A stretch of 64,000 nt of DNA from Thermoanaerobaculia bacterium (GTDB taxonomy: Bacteria; Acidobacteriota; Thermoanaerobaculia; UBA5066). The number at the start of each line of letters is the position of its first letter. Position 1 is the first letter of the stretch. Where the stretch lies: the NCBI GenBank assembly GCA_038245905.1, contig JBBRRY010000001.1, positions 1-64,000 on the forward strand, read 5' to 3'. Under the pieces are notes generated by a model. It did not search any database and was not told the origin of the DNA. It saw nothing but the letters and a program-made list of their open reading frames with translations. The position numbers and the translations under genes were made by a program. Of the stretch, positions 57,651 through 64,000 are shown one piece after another.

Positions 57651-58073
57651 ATGAGCGAGCCCTCGGTCCGCATCACGACGCACGCGCACTTTTCCGCGGC
57701 TCACCGGCTGCACAACGATTCCCAGGGTCCCGAGTGGAACCAGCGCGTGTTCGACAAGTGCAACAACCCATACGGCCATGGCCACACATACGGGCTCGAC
57801 GTCACCGTGGAGGGGCCGGTCGATCCGGTCACGGGCTGGGTGATGGATTTCGGCGTCGTAAAACGCGTGGTTCAGGACCGGGTCGTGAAGGCTTGCGACC
57901 GCAAGAATCTGAACGTCGACGTGCCGTTCCTCGCGGGCGTGAACCCGACCGCCGAGAACATCGCGATCCGGATCTGGGAAGTCCTCGCGCCCGCCGTGGC
58001 CCCGGGCCGGCTCGTGCGGATCGAGCTCCACGAGACGGAGCGTAACCGGGTCGTGTATACGGGGCCGTCGTGA
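57651..58073 (+). CDS. queD: 6-pyruvoyl/6-carboxy-tetrahydropterin synthase family protein
   Basis: FSAAHRL, CNNPYGHGHTY, PTAENIA, ETE; the Cx5HGH spacing makes the queD symbol tentative. Confidence 0.85.
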   Translation: MSEPSVRITTHAHFSAAHRLHNDSQGPEWNQRVFDKCNNPYGHGHTYGLDVTVEGPVDPVTGWVMDFGVVKRVVQDRVVKACDRKNLNVDVPFLAGVNPTAENIAIRIWEVLAPAVAPGRLVRIELHETERNRVVYTGPS

Positions 58074-58840
58074 GGGCCCTCATTTCGAACGACGACGGCG
58101 TCCACAGCCCCGGAATCGCCGCGCTCGAGAGGGCAGCCAGGGCCGCCGGGTTCGAGACGTATGTCGTCGCGCCCGACCGTGAGCAGAGCGCCTCGGCTCA
58201 TTCGCTCACGATGCATCGCCCTCTTCGCGTCCTGAAGACCGGGGAGCGGACCTGGGTCGTCGACGGAACCCCGACGGATTCGGTGAACATCGCGCTCTGT
58301 TCGGTCCTGAAGGAGAACCCGCCGGATTTCGTCTTCTCGGGAATTAACGCCGGGCCGAATCTCGGCGACGACGTGACGTACTCGGGCACGGTCGCCTGCG
58401 CGTTCGAAGGGACTCTCCTCGGCGTGCCTTCGATCGCGTTCTCCCTCGACTACGCGCGTGACGCCGCGGGAGCGATCGACTACTCGGAGGCGGAAAAGGC
58501 CGCCGGGAAGATCCTCGCCTGGGCGAAGGGTCACCCGCCCGCGGCCGATACGCTCTGGAACGTGAACATTCCTTCGGGAAAGCCGCGCGGCTTCCGGCCG
58601 ACGCGGATGGGCCGGCGCCGGTACGGGGAGAACATCGTCGAGAAGATCGACCCGCGCGGACGCCCCTACTACTGGATCGGCGGAACCTTCGTCGACACGA
58701 AAGCCGAGGGAACCGACCTTCTCGCGGTGGCCGAAGGCTGGGTGTCCGTGACGCCTCTGCACATGGACATGACCGACTACCGTGCGCTCGCCGATCTGGA
58801 CGGCCTCGCGGAGAAGCTCGCGCCGCCGGACGCGGGATGA
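58070..58840 (+). CDS. surE: 5'/3'-nucleotidase SurE
   Basis: ISNDDG, GTPTD, SGINAGPNLG, YSGTV, SVTPL. Confidence 0.96.
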   Translation: MRALISNDDGVHSPGIAALERAARAAGFETYVVAPDREQSASAHSLTMHRPLRVLKTGERTWVVDGTPTDSVNIALCSVLKENPPDFVFSGINAGPNLGDDVTYSGTVACAFEGTLLGVPSIAFSLDYARDAAGAIDYSEAEKAAGKILAWAKGHPPAADTLWNVNIPSGKPRGFRPTRMGRRRYGENIVEKIDPRGRPYYWIGGTFVDTKAEGTDLLAVAEGWVSVTPLHMDMTDYRALADLDGLAEKLAPPDAG

Positions 58841-58850
58841 AGCCGGGAAC

Positions 58851-59555
58851 GTGAAGCCGGCCGATCCCGAGGTCGCGCGCGCCGCCCGGGCGGGAGCGGG
58901 AGAGCGGCGGGCGCTTGTCGCGCGTCTGAAGGCGGCGGGCCTCTGCCGCGACGCCGGTGTCGCCGACGCGATGGCCGCCGTGCCCCGCCACCTGTTCGTC
59001 CCGTCCGCGCTTCTCGGAGAGGCCTACGGCGACCACGCGCTGCCGATCGGCTACGGGCAGACGATCACGCAGGCGGCGAACGTGGCCCGCGCGGCGGAGC
59101 TCGCGGCCCTGACGCCGAAAGCCCGCGTCCTCGAGGTCGGGACCGGCTCGGGCTATCAGGCGGCGGTTCTCGCGCGGCTCGCGCGCTGGGTGTTTTCGCT
59201 CGAACGCATCCCGGAGCTCGCGCAGGGAGCCGTTCGGCTTCTCAGGGCGCTTGGCATCTCGAATGTCTCTATCAAAGTTTTCGACGGGTCGTACGGCTGG
59301 AGCGAGCACGCCCCGTACGACGCGATTCTCGTGGCGGCCGCGGCCCCCGAGGTGCCCGAGCCGCTCGTCGCCCAGCTCGTGGCCGGCGGGCGCCTCGTGA
59401 TCCCGGTCGGCTCGGCCGGACGGCAGAAGCTGCTCGTGGTCCGGAAGCTCCCGAACGGCCGGACGAGGACCGAGGACGCCGGCGACGTCGCATACGTTCC
59501 GCTCGTGGGGCGCTTCGGCTTCGCTTCCAGGGGAAAGGACGGAGGCCAGGCGTGA
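58851..59555 (+). CDS. pcm: Protein-L-isoaspartate O-methyltransferase
   Basis: VPRHLFV, GQTI, VLEVGTGSGYQAA, APYDAI, GGRLVIPVG; follows surE. Confidence 0.95.
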   Translation: MKPADPEVARAARAGAGERRALVARLKAAGLCRDAGVADAMAAVPRHLFVPSALLGEAYGDHALPIGYGQTITQAANVARAAELAALTPKARVLEVGTGSGYQAAVLARLARWVFSLERIPELAQGAVRLLRALGISNVSIKVFDGSYGWSEHAPYDAILVAAAAPEVPEPLVAQLVAGGRLVIPVGSAGRQKLLVVRKLPNGRTRTEDAGDVAYVPLVGRFGFASRGKDGGQA

Positions 59556-59878
59556 CCGGCCCGGACCTGTCGATCGACGACTCGGGGGGCTGGGGCGCCG
59601 CGGCGCGCCGCTTCACGATTTCGGGCCGCGTGCAGGGCGTCGGCTATCGCGCGTTCGCCGCTCGCGCGGCCCGGGCGCTGAAGCTCAAGGGCGGCGCGCG
59701 AAACCTCGACGACGGCCGCGTGGAGGTGGTCGCGTCCGGCGCCATTCACGCTCTCGACCGCCTGGAGTCGGCCCTCGGTGAAGGGACCCGCCTCTCCCGC
59801 GTCACCCGTGTGGACGTCGTGGCGCTCGCCTCCCATCCCTCGACCGAGGACCTAGCGGCCTGCGACGTGGAGTTTTGA
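59552..59878 (+). CDS. acyP: Acylphosphatase
   Basis: SGRVQGVGYR, RNLDDGRVE. Confidence 0.92.
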   Translation: MTGPDLSIDDSGGWGAAARRFTISGRVQGVGYRAFAARAARALKLKGGARNLDDGRVEVVASGAIHALDRLESALGEGTRLSRVTRVDVVALASHPSTEDLAACDVEF

Positions 59879-59903
59879 GCCCTCCGTTTAAGATTGGAGC
59901 CTC

Positions 59904-61556
59904 GTGAACGAACGGAAGATCCTGATCGTCGACGACGACGAGGACATTCTCCTCATCGTGCAGACGCTGCTCACGAACGCGGGCTATGCCCCCGTGCTCG
60001 CGCGCAACGGGCGGGAGGGGATCGAACAGGCGATGGCGACGCAGCCGGACGTGATTCTCCTGGATGTCACGATGCCGCAGATCTCGGGATGGGAGGTCTG
60101 CGCGACGCTCAAGAACCTGCCCGAGACTGCCGCGATTCCGGTCGTCATGCTCACGGTCAAGTCCGAGATCAAGGACCTCATCACGGGTATGCAGGTCGGC
60201 GCGGACGACTACATCACGAAGCCGTTCACGAAGAGGCATCTCCTCGAGACGGTCGAACGCCTCCTCGAACCGGGGGAGGGACGGCGCTCGGCTTTCCTTC
60301 CGAAGGACACGGGAGACGCGCGGACGCGCAATCTGCTCTTCGACACGGTGTCGGGCCTTCCGACGATTCCCGTGATCGTGGATGCGCTCCGCGAATGGCT
60401 CCTCGTGGATCAGGAGGTGGGCGTTCTCTTCATCGACTTCGAGAAATACGCCCACATCGAGGACTACTACGGCTGGGAGGTCTTCGACGACGTCCTGCGC
60501 GAGGCGGCCAAGGCGCTCAAGCGTCTCCTCGGCACTCTATTCTCGACCGAGGACCTCATCGCGATCAACCGGCCTTCGGGCTCGGAGTTCTACGTCTTTC
60601 TGTCCGTGCCGCCCGGCCTTCGCGGTGACGAGATCCTCGAGCGGTTGCAGCGCAAGGCGAAGCAGATCGAAGAGTCTCTGAAGGAGACGCTGAGCGAGAA
60701 ATTTCAGAGCCGCATCCAGCGGAAGATCGGGCTTTTCGTCGGCTACGCAAAGCTCCTCTACAGCCCGCAGGTCCGGCTCGAGCGCCTCGTCTACCGGGCG
60801 CTCCGCGAGGCGATTTCGGTCGCCTCGACGAAGGAAGGCGAGCGCGCGGCGATCCTCCGGGAACAGTTCAAGGACGTGCTCGTGCACCGGCAGATCGAGA
60901 CGGTCTACCAGCCGATCGTCGATCTTTCGACGGGCGGCGTTTTCGCGCACGAGGCGCTTTCACGCGGCCCGGCCGACTCGCCGTTCGAGAATCCCGAGGT
61001 GCTCTTCGACTATGCCCTGAAGTCGGATCAGGTGTGGAGCCTCGAGAAGATCTGCATGCAGTTCTCGGCCGAGCGCTTCGTGGGGAAGAGGCCCGGAGCG
61101 CTGTTCGTGAACGTGGAGACGGAGCTCATCCACGAGCTGAAGACGCGGGGGCACGAAGTGCTTCAGCCGCTTCTCGCGATCCAGAGCGGCGTCGTCCTCG
61201 AGATCACCGAGCGCGCCGCCATCCGCGACTACGACCTTTTCCGCGAGAGCGTGCGCGTGCTCCGGGATCTCGGCTTCCGGATCGCGATCGACGACGCGGG
61301 ATCCGGGTACGCGTCCCTCCAGTCGATCGCCGAGCTGCGGCCGAATTACCTCAAGATCTCGAACTACCTCGTCACCGGCCTTCACACGGACTCGATCAAG
61401 CGGGATGTCGTCGAGATGCTCGTCCGGCTCGCCGCACGGATCGACGCGGAGACGGTCGCCGAAGGCATCGAGACGGAGGCGGAGATGGCCGAGGTGAAAC
61501 GCCTTGGCGTCACGTATGGGCAGGGCTACCTGCTCGGACGGCCCGCGAAGATCTAG
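59904..61556 (+). CDS. REC - degenerate GGDEF - EAL c-di-GMP phosphodiesterase
   Basis: REC ILLDV; SGSEF replacing GGDEF; YQPI, EALSRG, EITE, IDDAGSG, AEGIE, GQGY. Confidence 0.9.
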   Translation: MNERKILIVDDDEDILLIVQTLLTNAGYAPVLARNGREGIEQAMATQPDVILLDVTMPQISGWEVCATLKNLPETAAIPVVMLTVKSEIKDLITGMQVGADDYITKPFTKRHLLETVERLLEPGEGRRSAFLPKDTGDARTRNLLFDTVSGLPTIPVIVDALREWLLVDQEVGVLFIDFEKYAHIEDYYGWEVFDDVLREAAKALKRLLGTLFSTEDLIAINRPSGSEFYVFLSVPPGLRGDEILERLQRKAKQIEESLKETLSEKFQSRIQRKIGLFVGYAKLLYSPQVRLERLVYRALREAISVASTKEGERAAILREQFKDVLVHRQIETVYQPIVDLSTGGVFAHEALSRGPADSPFENPEVLFDYALKSDQVWSLEKICMQFSAERFVGKRPGALFVNVETELIHELKTRGHEVLQPLLAIQSGVVLEITERAAIRDYDLFRESVRVLRDLGFRIAIDDAGSGYASLQSIAELRPNYLKISNYLVTGLHTDSIKRDVVEMLVRLAARIDAETVAEGIETEAEMAEVKRLGVTYGQGYLLGRPAKI

Positions 61557-62451
61557 CCGGCCAGGTCGCGAGAGCGATTCCCGAGAAGATGAGCGCGCAG
61601 GCAACAGCGGTGCGCGGCGACGGCGATTCGCCGAGGACGGCCTTGGCGAGCGTCATGGCGACGAGGGGCTGGACGTAGATGAACATAGCCGTCGTCGCGG
61701 GGCTCGTGCGTGCGAGGGCCCAGGCGTTCAGGGAGTACGAGACGACGGTCGCGAGAATCACGCTGCCGGCGATCCCTGTCCAGGCGGTCGCCGAGAGCGC
61801 GGCGGGATGGAAGCGGAGGAGGTCGGGCATTGCGACGAGGGCTACGGGCAGGGCCGCGTACCGGAAGATCGCCGCGGTGACCCGAACGGCCGAGTGGCGC
61901 GTGAGGATTCCTTTCGCGAGGACGAGGAAGATCGAGTAGGAAAGCGCGTTGGCCAGGATGAGGGTGTTCCCGAGGAAGGTCCGGTTGCCGAAGTCGAGTC
62001 GGGACACGTCGAGCAGCCACAGAAGTCCCGCGAGGGCGACGGGAATTCCCAGGAGGCGGCGCGGCGAGGGCCGCTGCCGGGCGAGGACCGCCGCCACGGT
62101 GAGCGTCAGGATCGGCGTCATCGCGGTCAGGAGCGTGGCGTTCGTGGCGGTCGTTTTCGAGAGACCGAAGATGAAGAGGATCTGATTCGCGACGATCCCG
62201 AAGAACGACAGCACGATGAGCGTTCGTCGGTCCTTCGAGTCGAACGTTCCGCCGGGGTCGAGGATCCGCGCGAGAAGAGTCAGGACCGCCGCTCCGGCCA
62301 CCGCACGGAAGGCCGCAAGAACGAGCGGCGCCGTCTCGGCGAGCGCGAGCTTTCCGAAGATCGGGAAGCTGCCGAAGCAGAGCTGGACGACGAGGAGGGC
62401 GAGGAACGCGCGCGGATCCCGCCTGTGCGCGCCGGAGCGCTGCTCAGGCAA
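61510..62451 (-). CDS. EamA/DMT-family transporter
   Basis: 10 TM in two repeats; GLSKTTATNA, YVQPLVA..LGE. Confidence 0.9.
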   Translation of the reverse strand: MPEQRSGAHRRDPRAFLALLVVQLCFGSFPIFGKLALAETAPLVLAAFRAVAGAAVLTLLARILDPGGTFDSKDRRTLIVLSFFGIVANQILFIFGLSKTTATNATLLTAMTPILTLTVAAVLARQRPSPRRLLGIPVALAGLLWLLDVSRLDFGNRTFLGNTLILANALSYSIFLVLAKGILTRHSAVRVTAAIFRYAALPVALVAMPDLLRFHPAALSATAWTGIAGSVILATVVSYSLNAWALARTSPATTAMFIYVQPLVAMTLAKAVLGESPSPRTAVACALIFSGIALATWPARSSRAVRAGSPAHT

Positions 62452-63451
62452 GCGCAGCCGGTGCCACGAGAGCCGGAAGATTTTCTTTGAAAGGGGAAAT
62501 CGTCAACGCCATTCCTTCGCCCGCAAGCTCCCTCTTGACGTACGCGAGGGCCGTTACGCCGCCTCCCTCCGCCGGAGCGACACTCGTGAGCGACCCGGCC
62601 CTTTCACCCTCGAAGAAGACTTCGTCCCCCGGGACCGGGACGCCGCCGGAAACGGAAAGTCGGACGAGCCGCCGGTTCACGTGGCCGTATGTCTTGATGC
62701 GCGCGATCGTCTCCTGCCCGATGTAGCAGCCCTTGCTCTCGGAGATGAAGCCTCGCTCGCGGAGTCCCGCCTCGTCCGGCAGGACGGCCTCGGTCAGCTC
62801 GAAGCCCCAGCGGGGAATGCCGGCGCCGATGCGCAGGGCCTCGAGGCGGTCCGGCGATCCGGGCTCCGCCCCCGCGGAGAGAAACCCAATTCGGATTCTT
62901 TCTGAAAGGGAAGAGGGGACGCGGACGTCGTAGCCGGGGAGGCCGGTGCGGTTTTCGCGGACGATACGGAGGGACGAGACAGAGCCGCCTTCGGCGGCCC
63001 GGGGGTGTTCTTTGAAGGGGAATACGACGGCGCGATGCGCGTGCGGCGTTTCAGGCATCGCGAGGCCGCTCTCGAAGCCCACCCCCCTTCTAAGCAAATC
63101 TTCAGCGCCGCTCCCCGGCACCTCCGCCGTGAGGTGAAAGACAGCGGTAGCGGCCGTTTCATTTCCGATCGTGACGTCGTTGAAGACGAGATATTTCCGA
63201 AGCAAATCTTCTATCTTCTTCCCGAGCTCTGGCTCGCAGTTGATTTCCAGACGATCCTCCTCGCAGAGGACGACGCAGTCGGCAAGCATCTTTCCCTTCG
63301 GAGTGAGGAACGCCGCCGCGCAGCCGGTGCCCGCCGTGAGCTTCCGGATGTCGTTCGTGACGAGACCGTGCAGGAAGGACGCGCGATCCTTGCCGGTGAG
63401 GAGTACCGCGCCGCGCGCGCCGAGGTCGAAGAGGAGGGGACTACCGAGCAT
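62444..63451 (-). CDS. ygfZ: YgfZ/GcvT-like folate-binding protein
   Basis: GKDRASFLHGLVTND, LTPKGK, EALRI, KGCYIGQE signature. Confidence 0.9.
   Translation of the reverse strand: MLGSPLLFDLGARGAVLLTGKDRASFLHGLVTNDIRKLTAGTGCAAAFLTPKGKMLADCVVLCEEDRLEINCEPELGKKIEDLLRKYLVFNDVTIGNETAATAVFHLTAEVPGSGAEDLLRRGVGFESGLAMPETPHAHRAVVFPFKEHPRAAEGGSVSSLRIVRENRTGLPGYDVRVPSSLSERIRIGFLSAGAEPGSPDRLEALRIGAGIPRWGFELTEAVLPDEAGLRERGFISESKGCYIGQETIARIKTYGHVNRRLVRLSVSGGVPVPGDEVFFEGERAGSLTSVAPAEGGGVTALAYVKRELAGEGMALTISPFKENLPALVAPAALA
62475..63211. repeat. Cluster of AT-rich intragenic motif copies in ygfZ
   Basis: CCCCTTTCAAAGAAAATCTTCC (62475-62496 -), CCCTTTCAGAAAGAATCCG (62892-62910 -), CCCCTTCAAAGAACACCCC (63002-63020 -), CCCCTTCTAAGCAAATCTTC (63084-63103 +), ATTTCCGAAGCAAATCTTC (63193-63211 +). 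Confidence 0.65.
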
Positions 63452-63738
63452 GCGGGATTCTCGCACCGGACGGACGCACGAGGCCTCCGGCCGCGGAACG
63501 TGCGACAATGCGCCGACGTGACAGAGGTTTCGTGAGCGACGTGGCACCGAAAGCCGCAGGCGCCGTCCGGCGCCGCAGGCGCGGCGGGCGCGGCCGGGCA
63601 GGGGCGAAGGCCAAAGCTGCCGACGAGCTTCCGGACGTCCCGTTTCCCGAAGCCGAACCCGTTCTCGCGGCCCCGCCCTTCCTCATTCCGACGTCGAGTT
63701 TCATCGACGGAATGGGAGCGCCGCCGCCGGCAGGAGCC

Positions 63739-64000
63739 ATGAACCAGGAAGAACAGATCCTCGCTCTCTTCATCGACATCGACAACCTTCTGATCGGGCT
63801 GCGCGAGAGCGGACATCCGAAGTTCGACGTCAAGCTGCTCATTTCGCGTCTCCTCGAGAAGGGGAAGATCGTCGTCAAGCGCGCGTACGCGGACTGGAGC
63901 CGCTACACGGAATACAAGCGCGCGTTCCACGAGTCCGCGTTCGAGCTTATCGACATCCCCCAGCACCGCATGACGGGCAAGAACTCGGCGGACATCCGGA
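63739..64000 (+). CDS. NYN-domain (LabA/DUF88, PIN-like) protein, 3' end outside window
   Basis: Manual translation: MNQEEQILALFIDIDN...KRAYADW...GKNSADIR; AGGAG RBS; the frame is also open upstream to GTG 63532. Confidence 0.9.
   Translation, partial: MNQEEQILALFIDIDNLLIGLRESGHPKFDVKLLISRLLEKGKIVVKRAYADWSRYTEYKRAFHESAFELIDIPQHRMTGKNSADIR

Noticed and set aside
63542-63557. TGGCACC...GC upstream of NYN as a sigma54 site
   Set aside because: Spacing is 8 or 11, and it lies in a probable coding extension.

Overview
High-GC bacterial chromosome segment; gene content and style suggest Acidobacteriota, possibly Thermoanaerobaculia (inference). Left core block (1-21.2 kb): a minus-strand complex I operon nuoA-E-F-G-H-J-K-L-M-N lacking nuoB/C/D/I, with a Rex-type operator; a GT2/deacetylase/acyltransferase/FabG/ACP/dehydratase cluster with no ketosynthase; tRNA-Leu, rnr, der, a MerR regulator and tRNA-Pro(GGG). 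Middle accessory block (~21.2-57.6 kb, no integrase): secreted hydrolases, a cyclic beta-1,2-glucan synthase, a TMTC-like TPR membrane protein, an ABC exporter, and a ~29-40.6 kb module. Right core block: PTPS/queD-surE-pcm-acyP, REC-EAL, EamA, ygfZ, NYN. Two signals stand out. (1) The 29-40.6 kb module looks like a self-contained sigma54 regulon: six -24/-12 promoters precede stress/envelope genes (CsbD, BON, ferritin-like, sortase plus LPxTA substrate, lipoprotein, PAP2, OM barrel), beside a hybrid kinase, a ChpT-like pseudo-kinase and an NtrC-type activator. (2) An AT-rich motif (~CCYTTCWAAG(C)AAATCYTC) recurs in clusters inside unrelated core genes, on both strands and in different frames. 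All family assignments are by eye from motifs; no searches were run.
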